Assembly (NCBI GenBank): GCA_019358935.1
Contig: JAHHIK010000087.1
Span: forward strand, 1 to 36,521
Source: Tolypothrix carrinoi HA7290-LM1
Lineage (GTDB): Bacteria > Cyanobacteriota > Cyanobacteriia > Cyanobacteriales > Nostocaceae
Length of the DNA stretch: 36,521 bases
Reading direction: 5' to 3'
Position 1 is the first letter of the stretch, and every line of letters starts with the position of its first letter. Positions 9,856 to 20,677 of the stretch are shown here, one piece after another. The notes beneath the pieces were generated by a model. That model was not told the DNA's origin, ran no database searches, and was given only the letters and a program-made list of their open reading frames with translations. Both the position numbers and the translations under genes were made by a program.

Positions 9856-11268
9856 CTACTTAACAGGAATTTCAATCCAAAACTCAGTGCCATTATCTGG
9901 TTTTGTTTTGTATTTGAGTGTACCGCCATGCTTATCAACCACAATTTGATAGCTGATTGAAAGTCCTAAACCTGTACCCTTTCCGACTGGCTTACTAGTG
10001 AAAAATGGGTCAAATATGCGTGCTTGAATTTTTTCGGGAATACCCGTGCCATTATCAGCAATTTTTATCACAACATAATTAGGGCGAGAAACTTCAGTAC
10101 GAATTCTAATCTTTGGTTTTGGATTTTGTGTTTTTACAACTGATTCTTCCACAGCATCTATAGCATTGCTCAAGATGTTCATAAATACTTGATTCAGTTG
10201 TGATGCATAGCATTCTACTTGAGGAATGTCACCATATTCTTTAATAATTGCAATATTAGGATGCTCTGCTGTTGCCTTGAGTCGATGCCGCAAAATTAAT
10301 ATGGTGTTCTCAATTCCTTCATGCAGATCGACAAGTTTCTTTTCTGATTCACCTAACCGAGAAAAGTTGCGTAAAGACAAAACAATTTCTTTAATCCGCT
10401 CAGTACCGATTTCCATAGAAGATAAAATCTTCGGCAAATCTTCTACTAAAAAACTTACATCTATTGTTTTCGCTTGACGTTGAATTTCATCATTCGGATT
10501 TGGGTAGTGTTGTTGATAAAGAGTTAGCAGATTCAGTAAGTCTTTAACGTAAGTATTAACGTGGCTGAGATTACCATAAATAAAATTGACAGGATTATTA
10601 ATTTCGTGAGCTATACCAGCAACTAAATGACCCAAGCTGGACATTTTTTCACTTTGAATCAGTTGGACTTGAGTTTGCCGCAACTTCTTTAAAATCTGGG
10701 TTAACCGCTGATTAGTACCGCGTAGATTTTGTTCTACTTGCACTCGCTTACTAATATTTTGTTTTAATTTGGCTATATTAATTCTTAGTTCTAGCTGGCT
10801 GATGACTTGACGACTAAGAGCCTGTAAAGCTGCAATCTTTTCTGGGTCGAGTTCTCGTGGTTTGCGGTCAATAGCGCAAAGCGTGCCGATCGCAAAACCA
10901 TCAGGTGTAATCAGGGGTGCGCCGGCATAAAATCGAATATTGGGATCGGCACTCACCAGCGGATTGGTAGCAAAACGCTCATCTTCTAGCGCATTTGGCA
11001 CAATCAGCATTTTATCTGGCTGACATATAGCATGAGCGCAAAAAGCCAATTCTCTAGGAGTTTCTGTTACTTCTAAACCAACTTTTGATTTAAACCATTG
11101 CCGGCGATCATCGACTAGACTAACTAAGGCTATAGGAGTGCCGCAAATATACGCTGCCAAACTAGTCAAATCATCGAATCCTGATTCAGGATCGGTATCA
11201 AGAATTTGATATCGTTCTAGTGCCTTAAGCCTATCCTGCTCATTTGCAGGCAATGGTGGTTGTTTCAT
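9856..11268 (-). CDS. GAF-domain sensor histidine kinase
   Basis: RQWFKSKVGL and IRFYAGAPL (GAF); AGIAHEINNPVNF; FDPFFTSKPVGKGTGLGLS. Confidence 0.93.
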   Translation of the reverse strand: MKQPPLPANEQDRLKALERYQILDTDPESGFDDLTSLAAYICGTPIALVSLVDDRRQWFKSKVGLEVTETPRELAFCAHAICQPDKMLIVPNALEDERFATNPLVSADPNIRFYAGAPLITPDGFAIGTLCAIDRKPRELDPEKIAALQALSRQVISQLELRINIAKLKQNISKRVQVEQNLRGTNQRLTQILKKLRQTQVQLIQSEKMSSLGHLVAGIAHEINNPVNFIYGNLSHVNTYVKDLLNLLTLYQQHYPNPNDEIQRQAKTIDVSFLVEDLPKILSSMEIGTERIKEIVLSLRNFSRLGESEKKLVDLHEGIENTILILRHRLKATAEHPNIAIIKEYGDIPQVECYASQLNQVFMNILSNAIDAVEESVVKTQNPKPKIRIRTEVSRPNYVVIKIADNGTGIPEKIQARIFDPFFTSKPVGKGTGLGLSISYQIVVDKHGGTLKYKTKPDNGTEFWIEIPVK

Positions 11269-11436
11269 TTACCGCCTGGGTAGTATGTTATACATAAATC
11301 CAAATATATATGTTCTTACTTAAACACTGAGCTTACTTTCATCGCCTGGAAATAAAAAACAGCAGAAACACGTAATTGGAGAGTTTTTCTTTGGAAAACG
11401 CCAATTTTTTGTGATATGCTAGAAGGGTTGTCTAAT

Positions 11437-11510
11437 CTCGCACATCCGGGAGTTCGGGTGTTTCCAACTTGGGAAATACGCTCGGATGGAGGTTTAACCC
11501 GAATAGGAGT
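11437..11510 (+). promoter_or_regulatory. Probable structured rpsB (S2) 5' leader
   Basis: CATCCGGG...CTCGGATG stem enclosing GTGTTTCC/GGAAATAC; TTCGGG can pair with CCCGAA just before the GGAG SD; located directly before rpsB. Confidence 0.55.
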
Positions 11511-11519
11511 TAAAAATAT

Positions 11520-12317
11520 ATGCCAGTTGTTTCATTGGCTCAGATGATGGAGTCTGGGGTTCACTTTGGGCATCAGACCCGACGTTGGAACCCGAAAATG
11601 TCTCCTTACATTTACACTTCGCGTAATGGAGTACATATCATCGACTTGGTGCAAACAGCCCAGTTGATGGAAGATGCCTACAGCTATATGCGATCGCAAG
11701 CAGAACAAGGTAAGAAATTCCTTTTTGTCGGCACCAAGCGCCAAGCAGCCGGAATCATTGCTCAAGAAGCGGCTCGTTGTGGTTCGCATTACATCAACCA
11801 GCGCTGGTTAGGCGGAATGCTGACTAACTGGACGACTATCAAAACACGGGTAGACCGGCTCAAAGATTTGGAACGCCGCGAAGAAACCGGTGCCTTGGAT
11901 TTATTGCCCAAAAAAGAAGCCTCAATGCTGCGTCGGGAAATGGCAAAGCTACAGAAATATTTGGGCGGCATTAAATCAATGCGGAAAGTGCCAGATATTG
12001 TGGTAATTGTCGATCAAAAGCGGGAGTATAACGCAGTTCAAGAATGCCAAAAACTCTCGATTCCGATTGTGTCCATGTTGGATACAAACTGTGACCCAGA
12101 TGTAGTAGATGTTCCAATTCCAGCAAATGATGATGCCATCAGGTCTATCAAGCTGATAGTTGGTAAATTGGCAGATGCGATTTACGAAGGTCGTCACGGT
12201 CAGTTGGATGCAGAATACGAAGATGAAGATTACGACGGTGGCGAGTATGACGAAGACTACGACGAAAGCGAGTATACTGACTCGGTAATTCCCGACGAAG
12301 AGGAAGAAGAATCGTAG
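11520..12317 (+). CDS. rpsB: 30S ribosomal protein S2
   Basis: [34 protein letters not shown]. Confidence 0.99.
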   Translation: MPVVSLAQMMESGVHFGHQTRRWNPKMSPYIYTSRNGVHIIDLVQTAQLMEDAYSYMRSQAEQGKKFLFVGTKRQAAGIIAQEAARCGSHYINQRWLGGMLTNWTTIKTRVDRLKDLERREETGALDLLPKKEASMLRREMAKLQKYLGGIKSMRKVPDIVVIVDQKREYNAVQECQKLSIPIVSMLDTNCDPDVVDVPIPANDDAIRSIKLIVGKLADAIYEGRHGQLDAEYEDEDYDGGEYDEDYDESEYTDSVIPDEEEEES

Positions 12318-12456
12318 GGCGGGGTTTTCCCACCATATGATGGGCGGATTTTTCCCGCAAGAGCGTAGGGGTTTTCTACCCCTGCGCCGAGTAAGATAGA
12401 AATACTGAACACCCGTGAGCGATTACAACTGTAAGTCTTGTAGGAATTGAGGCAAC

Positions 12457-13398
12457 ATGGCGGAAATATCTGCAAAAGTCGTCCAAGAATTACGCCAAAA
12501 AACCGGTGCAGGCATGATGGACTGCAAAAAGGCGTTGAAAGAAAACGATGGAGATATGGAAAAATCCATCGATTGGTTGCGACAAAAAGGCATCGCTTCG
12601 GCGGGTAAAAAAAGCGATCGCATCGCGGCAGAAGGTCTAGTAGACACTTATATTCAACCTGGTGGAAAAGTTGGTGTGCTATTAGAAGTCAACTGCCAAA
12701 CAGATTTTGTCGCCCGGAACGAGGCTTTTAAAAGTCTTGTGAAGAACTTAGCGCAGCAAGCAGTGACAGCCCAGAACGTTGAGTCTTTGCTGGCTCAACC
12801 TTACATCGAAGATAAAAGTGTAACAGTCGAAGAGTTCATCAAGCAAGCGATCGCCAAACTAGGCGAAAATATGCAGGTGCGCCGCTTCGTCAAGTTTACT
12901 ATTGAAGAAACACAAGGCATCGTAGACAGCTACATTCACACTGGCGGTCGCGTCGGCGTGTTGGTTGAACTGAACAGCAAAACTGATGCACCCTCCGGTC
13001 GAGAAGAGTTTCAAAGCTTGGCACGAAATATCGCCATGCAAGTTGCTGCTTGTCCCAACGTTGAATATGTCAACGTCAGCGAAGTCCCCCCAGAAGTTGC
13101 CCAAAAAGAAAAAGACATCGAAATGGGACGCGATGACTTGGGTAACAAGCCAGAAAACATCAAAGAAAAGATTGTTCAGGGACGAATTGAAAAACGCCTG
13201 AAAGAAATGGCTTTGATGGATCAGCCTTACATTCGCGACCAAAGTATTTCTGTCGAAGACTTGGTGAAGCAAGTAAAAGCGAAATTAGGCGAAGACATCG
13301 AAGTGCGTCGCTTTGTTCGCTATGTGCTGGGTGAAGGCATTGAAAAGCAAGAAAGCAACTTTGCTGAAGAAGTCGCCGCACAAATGGGGACTAAGTAA
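12457..13398 (+). CDS. tsf: Elongation factor Ts
   Basis: [26 protein letters not shown]; follows rpsB. Confidence 0.99.
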   Translation: MAEISAKVVQELRQKTGAGMMDCKKALKENDGDMEKSIDWLRQKGIASAGKKSDRIAAEGLVDTYIQPGGKVGVLLEVNCQTDFVARNEAFKSLVKNLAQQAVTAQNVESLLAQPYIEDKSVTVEEFIKQAIAKLGENMQVRRFVKFTIEETQGIVDSYIHTGGRVGVLVELNSKTDAPSGREEFQSLARNIAMQVAACPNVEYVNVSEVPPEVAQKEKDIEMGRDDLGNKPENIKEKIVQGRIEKRLKEMALMDQPYIRDQSISVEDLVKQVKAKLGEDIEVRRFVRYVLGEGIEKQESNFAEEVAAQMGTK

Positions 13399-13482
13399 AT
13401 TAGTTAGGAGGCGCGGAGTTAAGAGTTAGGAGTTAGTAAGAAGTAAGCTTTATAACTCATAAGTTTTAACTTCTAATTACTC

Positions 13483-13519
13483 AAATACAGGTCTAGCAAA
13501 GTATGCTGACCTGTATTTT
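13483..13519 (+). terminator. Probable intrinsic terminator after tsf
   Basis: AAATACAGGTC...GACCTGTATTTT hairpin. Confidence 0.6.
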
Positions 13520-13690
13520 GTTAATAGTCGTCATAAACTGCGCTTTCCCAGTACTGATGAAAATCTCTTTTCAAGCGTTTCTAATCCAAGCGCCCCTAGT
13601 CCCTAATCTAAAATCATAAGATAAAGTTATCTTCAAAAACATACGTACATTTGTACCATAAAAAGTTCAGATGGACAATAACCAAAAGCT

Positions 13691-14743
13691 ATGGCGAGAG
13701 CAATCGAGCGAATTGAACGGGATATTATAGCAATGGAAGAGGCGATTGAAGCGATCGCATCAGAACTTTCTTCTGCTTATACAAATTATCTAACAATCTT
13801 GGGGCAAGCTGTACAACAGCAATTGATTCAGGCAAGTTATTACCTATGTACCCAAGGACATCCCGACAACTTTTTAAAATTGTCATTGAATCAACGGCAA
13901 CAATTACAACAAGCCATCCGCAAGTTAGGTCAACAAGCAGCTCAACAGTTACTCAGTTATATCGAGAGTGGGGAAGATGAGGGAGATGAGGGAGATGAGG
14001 GAGATGAGGAGGATGAGGGAGATGAGGAGGATGAGGGAGATGAGGGAGATGAGGTAGATGAGGTAGATGAGGAGGATGAGGAGGATGAGGTAGATGAGGG
14101 AGTGTCCTTGTTGTCCCCAACTCCTTCGACTTTCCCAACTCCTTCGACTTTCCCAACTTCCCCTACCTCGCTTACTTCCCCAACTCCCGTACAGACGTTC
14201 CGAGGGAACGTCTCTACCCCAATTCCCCCAATTCCTTTACAGACGTTGCGTCGAAACGTTTCTATCCCAACTCCCCCAGCTTTCCCTGAAGACCCATGCA
14301 ACCCAGTAGAAGTAGCAAAATGGCAACAGCAATTAGAAGGAGTGACGCAAGAAACGCTGAAAAAACTTTCCCGTGACGCAAATCTTTTATTACAAAAAGC
14401 GAGAATATTACCGAATAAATTACCAGAACAGATTTTAGAAGCGGCTGCGGCTGTATCAGAAGCATCTGCGGATGTAACTCCAGCACCGCCTAATCTATTA
14501 AACTTAGTAATTGAAATTGAAAATGAACAGAAGCCTGAAGAATCAAGCCTGACACAGATCGTGGCTATTAACATGCGCCTTGCAGAAATTGAATTTGCTG
14601 ACCTCACACTTTCGTCTGCACGCAAGCAGATTCGCAGTATCTTAGTTCAGCTAAACAAACTAGGGCGCGAGTATCAAAAAAAGCACCGAGAACTATCAGT
14701 TGCCGAAGCTGAAGCCGCATGGCGTGCTAGTTGGTTTGAATAA
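13691..14743 (+). CDS. Hypothetical coiled-coil protein with a large low-complexity repeat block
   Basis: 350-aa ORF; helical N- and C-terminal parts split by (EGD/EVD)n and PTPSTF repeats. Confidence 0.8.
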   Translation: MARAIERIERDIIAMEEAIEAIASELSSAYTNYLTILGQAVQQQLIQASYYLCTQGHPDNFLKLSLNQRQQLQQAIRKLGQQAAQQLLSYIESGEDEGDEGDEGDEEDEGDEEDEGDEGDEVDEVDEEDEEDEVDEGVSLLSPTPSTFPTPSTFPTSPTSLTSPTPVQTFRGNVSTPIPPIPLQTLRRNVSIPTPPAFPEDPCNPVEVAKWQQQLEGVTQETLKKLSRDANLLLQKARILPNKLPEQILEAAAAVSEASADVTPAPPNLLNLVIEIENEQKPEESSLTQIVAINMRLAEIEFADLTLSSARKQIRSILVQLNKLGREYQKKHRELSVAEAEAAWRASWFE

Positions 14744-14744
14744 A

Positions 14745-14918
14745 GTTAGGAGTTATGAGTTATGAGTTATGAGTTATGAGGAGCGGAGTTAGGAGTTATG
14801 AGTCATGAATTATAAATTATAAATGCGTCAATTTTTTACTCCTCACTCCTCACTCCTCACTCCTCACTCCTCACTCCTCACTCCTAACTCCTCACTCCTC
14901 ACTCCTCACTCCTCACTT
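14745..14918. repeat. Facing STRR arrays (GAGTTAT)n and (CTCCTCA)n
   Basis: Directly visible. Confidence 0.9.
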
Positions 14919-14927
14919 CTATAACCA

Positions 14928-17525
14928 ATGACTAATGACACACCAGATTGGACACGATTGCAGAAAGCCTTGGCAATAGAAGCAGAACAAGGCTTTACTG
15001 ACATGATGGGCAGACAATACCGCTTTAGTGAGTTTCTCACCCTAACTTTTGGGAAATTCCCCCCTGTCCTGCCAAGTACTGAACGCCGGCGCTGGCAAGA
15101 ACTAGCGGCTCAATTTGCAAGCTATCCAAATCTAGGGTCAGAAGATAGACAACACTTAGTAGCAGAAACTCGCAGGTATCTTTACCAACTGCAAAAGGAG
15201 GAGACAGGGGGGCAGGGGGGACAAGGGGGACAAGGGGGACAAGGGGGACAGGGGGGACAGGGGGGACAAGGAGAAATTTCTCCGTCATCTCCCTTGTCTT
15301 CCCCATCTCCCTTGTCTTCCCCCTCTCCCTTGTCTTCCCCATCTCCCCCACTCCCTACTCCCTACTCCCCACTCCCCAATACATCTCCTATCGTTGCTGA
15401 GGTAAGTCGGTTACTTGCGCCGAAAATTGACCAAAAATTGCAGGAGTTACCAGAAATAGGAGTTAGAAAAGCAATAAATTTAGGGGAGCGTCTTGGTTTA
15501 TACACTGTACGCGACTTGCTATATTACTTTCCTCGCGACCATATTGATTATGCGCGTCAGGTGAGTATTCGCGAGTTGCAGGGGGGGGAAACTGTGACGA
15601 TAGTGGCAAAGGTAAAAAGTTGCAACTGCTATGTTAGCCCCCGCAACAAAAAGTTAATGATTTTAAACATACAGTTGCAAGACAATACTGGCAAAATCAA
15701 AGTTAGCCGCTTTTTTGCGGGTACGCGCTTTACCAGTCGCGGTTGGCAGGAAACTTTAAAGCGTCGTTACGCAGAAGGTAGTATTGTCGCAGCCTGTGGG
15801 TTGGTGAAAAGCGGTAAAGACGGCTTGACGCTGGATAACCCAGAATTAGAAGTTTTGGCACAACCGGGAGATCCGATTGAGTCTTTAAATATTGGTCGAG
15901 TGGTGCCGATTTACTCCTTGACAGAGGGTATAGCGGCGAATGTGGTGAGACAAGCGGTAATTGCTGCTTTACCATCTGCGGCTCATATGAAAGACCCTTT
16001 GCCCAGTGGTTTGCGACAGAAGTATAATTTGATGGAATTGAAAGATGCGATCGCTAATATTCATTTCCCAAAAGACAGCGACACTCTCAAAGTTGCCCGT
16101 CGTCGTCTCGTCTTCGATGAATTTTTCTACCTGCAACTAAGTTTACTACAACGTCAGCATCAAGCACGAGCGATTCAAAAAAGTGCCATCCTCGCTCCCA
16201 AAGGTGAGTTAATCGAAGAATTTCACAAAATACTGCCTTTTAAACTCACCGGCGCTCAAACCAGAGTTGTCAACGACATCCTCAACGACTTACAAAAACC
16301 TGCACCGATGAATCGTCTTGTGCAAGGTGATGTCGGTTCTGGTAAAACTGTTGTCGCGGTAATTGCCATTATCGCTGCAATTCAATCTGGCTATCAAGCA
16401 GCGCTGATGGCTCCTACCGAAGTTTTATCAGAACAGCATTATCGCAAGTTAGTTAGCTGGTTTAATCTGTTGCATTTACCAGTAGAATTACTGACAGGTT
16501 CCACCAAAGTGGCAAAACGGCGACAAATTCACGCGCAACTAGCAACGGGTGAATTACCTTTGTTAGTAGGAACACATGCCTTAATTCAAGACCCAGTAAT
16601 CTTTCATCGGCTCGGTTTGGTGGTAATAGATGAACAGCACCGCTTTGGAGTGCAACAGCGGGCGCGTTTGCAGCAAAAAGGCGAGCAACCTCATGTATTA
16701 ACGATGACAGCTACGCCCATACCGAGAACCTTAGCGCTGACGATACACGGGGATTTGGACGTGAGTCAGATTGATGAATTGCCACCGGGAAGGCAGAAGA
16801 TACAGACAACAATGCTGACGAGTAAGGAACGTACTCAAGCTTACGATTTAATCCGCCGGGAAATCGCTCAGGGAAGGCAAATTTATGTAGTTTTGCCGCT
16901 GGTGGAAGAATCAGAGAAATTGGATTTGCGATCGGCTGTGGAGGAGCATCAAAAGCTACAAGAAAGCATTTTTCCAGAGTTTTCGGTGGGATTGTTGCAC
17001 GGTCGGATGAGTTCGGCTGATAAAGACGAAGCAATTAGTAAATTTCGCGATCGCCAAACTCAAATTCTCGTTTCTACCACCGTCGTTGAGGTCGGTGTAG
17101 ACATACCAAATGCTACAGTCATGCTCATTGAAAATGCGGAACGCTTCGGTTTATCTCAGTTGCATCAATTGCGGGGACGTGTCGGTCGGGGTGCAGCGCA
17201 GTCCTACTGTTTGTTGATGAGCAATTCCCGAAGCCCTGATGCAGAAGCTAGACTGAAGGTTTTGGAACAGTCCCAGGATGGCTTTTTCATCTCAGAAATG
17301 GATATGCGTTTTCGCGGTCCGGGTGAAGTGCTGGGCACTCGTCAATCAGGTGTGCCGGATTTTACCTTGGCAAGTTTGGTAGAAGATGAAGAAGTTTTAT
17401 TGTTAGCGCGGGAAGCAGCGGAGAAGGTGATAGAAATAGATGCAACTTTAGAGCGTTGGTATTTGATGAAAGAAGAATTGAAGTATCGTTACGATCGCTT
17501 GATGGGTGGGTCAATTTTGACGTGA
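14928..17525 (+). CDS. recG: ATP-dependent DNA helicase RecG
   Basis: MNRLVQGDVGSGKT, DEQHRFG, MTATPIPRT, QLHQLRGRVGRG. Confidence 0.98.
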   Translation: MTNDTPDWTRLQKALAIEAEQGFTDMMGRQYRFSEFLTLTFGKFPPVLPSTERRRWQELAAQFASYPNLGSEDRQHLVAETRRYLYQLQKEETGGQGGQGGQGGQGGQGGQGGQGEISPSSPLSSPSPLSSPSPLSSPSPPLPTPYSPLPNTSPIVAEVSRLLAPKIDQKLQELPEIGVRKAINLGERLGLYTVRDLLYYFPRDHIDYARQVSIRELQGGETVTIVAKVKSCNCYVSPRNKKLMILNIQLQDNTGKIKVSRFFAGTRFTSRGWQETLKRRYAEGSIVAACGLVKSGKDGLTLDNPELEVLAQPGDPIESLNIGRVVPIYSLTEGIAANVVRQAVIAALPSAAHMKDPLPSGLRQKYNLMELKDAIANIHFPKDSDTLKVARRRLVFDEFFYLQLSLLQRQHQARAIQKSAILAPKGELIEEFHKILPFKLTGAQTRVVNDILNDLQKPAPMNRLVQGDVGSGKTVVAVIAIIAAIQSGYQAALMAPTEVLSEQHYRKLVSWFNLLHLPVELLTGSTKVAKRRQIHAQLATGELPLLVGTHALIQDPVIFHRLGLVVIDEQHRFGVQQRARLQQKGEQPHVLTMTATPIPRTLALTIHGDLDVSQIDELPPGRQKIQTTMLTSKERTQAYDLIRREIAQGRQIYVVLPLVEESEKLDLRSAVEEHQKLQESIFPEFSVGLLHGRMSSADKDEAISKFRDRQTQILVSTTVVEVGVDIPNATVMLIENAERFGLSQLHQLRGRVGRGAAQSYCLLMSNSRSPDAEARLKVLEQSQDGFFISEMDMRFRGPGEVLGTRQSGVPDFTLASLVEDEEVLLLAREAAEKVIEIDATLERWYLMKEELKYRYDRLMGGSILT

Positions 17526-17542
17526 AGTTAGGAGTCAGAATA

Positions 17543-17629
17543 TTAGGACTTACGCAAAAACTCTCCCAAACTCTTATTTCTCTGCGTCCTCTGCGGTTCG
17601 TTCCATGCGTGACTTTGCGTAAGTCCTAA
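17543..17629. mobile_element. 87-bp MITE-like element
   Basis: 16-bp perfect terminal inverted repeat TTAGGACTTACGCAAA / TTTGCGTAAGTCCTAA. Confidence 0.75.
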
Positions 17630-17841
17630 CAAGAATGTTCCACAGTTCCATTTCTGTTTGGGTCAAACGGCACCAAGAGCCATTGGGCAGTGAGTGAGTG
17701 AGCGCCGTGTGCCTACCTCCTTGTTCCCGGTCTGCCAAAAAAGCCTCTATCTCACTCAACCTTTCACCTTTGGGGGACGCGATCGCCTGTGACATTTGCA
17801 TAAGTCCTGACTATTTTTTTGCGAGCGCAAAACTTTTCGGT

Positions 17842-19128
17842 CTACTGAAATTGTGGTAGGAATTGTTTATGTACACAGAGCATCTCGTCTAACATTCGTT
17901 TCGCAATTGGTAGAGAAGGAATCAGAGGATGGGTAGCCAATGCTGCAAGTGCAACATTATAGTTGCCATATATCCCCGCTTCGACAGTGAGTTGTTCATA
18001 GGCAGCAACTTGTGAAATTAAGCCTCGAAGGTGTGGATGTAAATCATGCTGTTGTTGAGGTATTAAATAATTATTCTCTATCTTCACAGGAGTCTCAACA
18101 ACAGCAGTTTCAGGCAAGAACGCTAAATTACCCTTGTTGGGCACACACGGAAAAATCTGGCGATTGCTAGGACAAAGTATTTCGTTTATCGTAGTTGCAA
18201 TTGCTGGTCCCAACAGGAATCCGCCCCTTAAAGACGCTGTTTTTATCCACTCCGGGTCATGCAGTGAGTACTGCTGCATTAGAATCTGGTCTATTTCCTT
18301 ACATTTTTCTGCTCTAGTCTTTGAGTAGCTGCATATCTGATCTGTTATCTCTTTTAGCAAGTAGTAATACTGCAAGTATGGAGAGGGTATTACTCGGCTC
18401 GATCTTGATATATATACTAGCGATGTTAAATCTTTATGATTGGGAAGTAATTTCTGGAGTATGTGATCAATATGATTTTCTAATACAGTATCAATAATAG
18501 ATTGATTGTTTATAACTATGTCTGTAATCCAAGAAAGGTGATTTAGACCAGTATAAGATAATTTAATTTCTTCTTGAGGTATGTTCAAAACCTCAGAAAT
18601 TGATAGCAGCATTTGTACTGGTATTTCACAAATTCCTATAGTTCGTTCCTTTCTTATTCTAAAACAAGCCTGCGTAATAATTCCAACAGGATTTGTAATG
18701 TTAATCATCCATGCTTGTGGACTGAGTTCTTGCAATATTTCACATATTTGAACAGCAACTGGTATGTTGCGAAGCGCACTTATAAAACCACCCCAGCCTT
18801 GAGTTTCTTGACCCAATATTCCATGCTTAATAGCTTGTAAAGTATCAAAGTATCTCGCATTCAGCCCCCCAACGCGATACATTGTAAAAACAAAGTCAGT
18901 GTTTTGAAGAGCATATCGTAGATCACAGCATAACTCTAATGTCACTGAAATATGGTAAGTTTCAAACTGATGCTCTACAAATTGCTTGATAATATCTAAC
19001 CTATCTTGAACTATGTCCATCAAAACAATCTTCCCAAAAGGGAATTCCTTAAAGCTCTTCAGCAGGTAATCAATTAATACAGGTGTATAATTACTTCCAG
19101 CTCCTATAATACTAAGAGTAAGTGACAT
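17842..19128 (-). CDS. Family 4 glycoside hydrolase (NAD+-dependent, 6-phospho-glucosidase-like)
   Basis: IIGAGSNYTP Rossmann start, GQETQGWGG, NITNP, IGICE, GLNHLSW, ALATHPLIPS. Confidence 0.88.
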   Translation of the reverse strand: MSLTLSIIGAGSNYTPVLIDYLLKSFKEFPFGKIVLMDIVQDRLDIIKQFVEHQFETYHISVTLELCCDLRYALQNTDFVFTMYRVGGLNARYFDTLQAIKHGILGQETQGWGGFISALRNIPVAVQICEILQELSPQAWMINITNPVGIITQACFRIRKERTIGICEIPVQMLLSISEVLNIPQEEIKLSYTGLNHLSWITDIVINNQSIIDTVLENHIDHILQKLLPNHKDLTSLVYISRSSRVIPSPYLQYYYLLKEITDQICSYSKTRAEKCKEIDQILMQQYSLHDPEWIKTASLRGGFLLGPAIATTINEILCPSNRQIFPCVPNKGNLAFLPETAVVETPVKIENNYLIPQQQHDLHPHLRGLISQVAAYEQLTVEAGIYGNYNVALAALATHPLIPSLPIAKRMLDEMLCVHKQFLPQFQ

Positions 19129-19139
19129 TAAATATACTT

Positions 19140-20081
19140 TTATTTAAATAACGCAATCAGTGATATTATAATAGCAAATGCACTTATTAGCAACGAAATT
19201 CGGTCTACGTTTACTGATATATAATTTAACTCTTGAATACTTACAGTGTCTTTGAGAACCTTATAAGTCTCAATCATCAAATCATGTGTCCATTGATTTA
19301 CAGGAGTAAATTTATTGGTTATCTTCTCTATTTCGTGATCCTTTTTGATTTTTTGGTAAATTCCTCCATAATAAATTCCATCAATAATTTTAAATAGCAA
19401 GTTTTGATCCATTTTATAACCACTCAGATATATTATTATACTAGGTACACTTATTCGGACATAGTGAGTTTTTGGTCGAATTAATTCAAGATTATCACTT
19501 TCTGTTAGTGCAAACCCAAAGGCAGTACTTCTACTTGAAAATACGGAATCATAGCCATTTTTATCTAGTTCTATTACTTCTCTCTTCATTTCTTTTTGTC
19601 CGTTGGGAACCACAATTAGAGTATAAGAGTAAATGTATCGGAGTAGCAAATTCGATGTTTTGTTTGGTATTGATATTTGATAGTTTGTAAATTCCTCGAA
19701 GAACTTTTCCCGTATTATCTTGTGAATTTCACCTCGATAATCTCTAATTACTGATAGAGTAGCACTCTTAACAAATTTTGTCTTGAATATGGCTCTGTGA
19801 TGATAGTAACCAAACTGTATTTCGCTTGCAAACTTGGACAGATTAGCCCCCAAACAATCTTCAAAGGCGACAGGATCTCTTGATTTTAACAACTTTAATT
19901 TAAAGTATGCAGCATCACCATTATCATCTTTATGTCCTCTCCATTTTTTTAAAAATAAGCTGTTCCTAAAGTATGAATCAATCATACTCATAGTTGCTCT
20001 ATCGAGAACTACTGTTTCATCAGTATCTTCTTCAAAGTATAACATACCAAGTATGTACAGTTCGACGCAGTACTTGCTCAT
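19140..20081 (-). CDS. Hypothetical AT-rich protein with a C-terminal transmembrane helix
   Basis: 313-aa ORF ending ISLLISAFAIIISLIALFK; 11 bp upstream of the GH4 gene. Confidence 0.75.
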   Translation of the reverse strand: MSKYCVELYILGMLYFEEDTDETVVLDRATMSMIDSYFRNSLFLKKWRGHKDDNGDAAYFKLKLLKSRDPVAFEDCLGANLSKFASEIQFGYYHHRAIFKTKFVKSATLSVIRDYRGEIHKIIREKFFEEFTNYQISIPNKTSNLLLRYIYSYTLIVVPNGQKEMKREVIELDKNGYDSVFSSRSTAFGFALTESDNLELIRPKTHYVRISVPSIIIYLSGYKMDQNLLFKIIDGIYYGGIYQKIKKDHEIEKITNKFTPVNQWTHDLMIETYKVLKDTVSIQELNYISVNVDRISLLISAFAIIISLIALFK

Positions 20082-20339
20082 AGCTCATAGTTTATTACTA
20101 TTTTAATTTGTTGATAATTTATTTATATTAACTAGTTAGAATTAGCATTTTAGCATTCCAGATTTTAACTAGAGTTAAACTTTTTTTATATTAACCATAA
20201 GAGGGTGTTTGAAAAGTTTTAGAAAGTCAAAATTTAAGCCAGTCGCCTCACCATAATACCATCCGTGAGAGGTTAAGGTAATTGCATTTTTGTCAAGAGG
20301 GAGCAGGAAAAGGCAATAAATCCAGCTTGGAGACTGCCT

Positions 20340-20528
20340 AAGCTGGTTAGCTCCTCGACCGGAGCATTTTTATAAAGTATTTTAGCGATCGCGCGAGCGT
20401 GTTCCATCAACAGCTGGTTTTCTTCTTCAGTCATGGCAATTCTCGCAGATAGCTAGGGCTGTTATTATCCCTTTAGTATCTCACATTTCATTTATTTGTA
20501 TTAGAAGAATAAAAACTGGGATGCACCC
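20340..20528 (-). mobile_element. Transposase 5' fragment with IS end (ISKra4-like, from recall)
   Basis: MTEEENQLLMEHARAIAKILYKNAPVEELTSL from ATG 20434; minus-strand GGGTGCATCCCAGTTTTT end at ~20528. Confidence 0.6.
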
Positions 20529-20677
20529 CGCGTTACCTTTGTCATAAGCAACGCTGAAATGGTACGTGCTTCACTAATGCCATTTCTATTCCGAATACAA
20601 AGCTTTCGGAACGGGAGCAAAGTAATACTTATGTACTACTAAAGGGTGATCGCAGTGTGCCAGTTGCGTAAGTCCTG
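20529..20677. mobile_element. Second IS end fragment
   Basis: Ends in TGCGTAAGTCCTG, the same end motif as the MITE at 17543-17629; coincides with truncation of the flavin oxidoreductase. Confidence 0.55.

Noticed and set aside
13957..14625. 222-aa antisense ORF and other shadow ORFs inside argG, rpsB, tsf, recG and rsr
   Set aside because: Antisense or alternative frames of well-supported genes, or of low-complexity repeats
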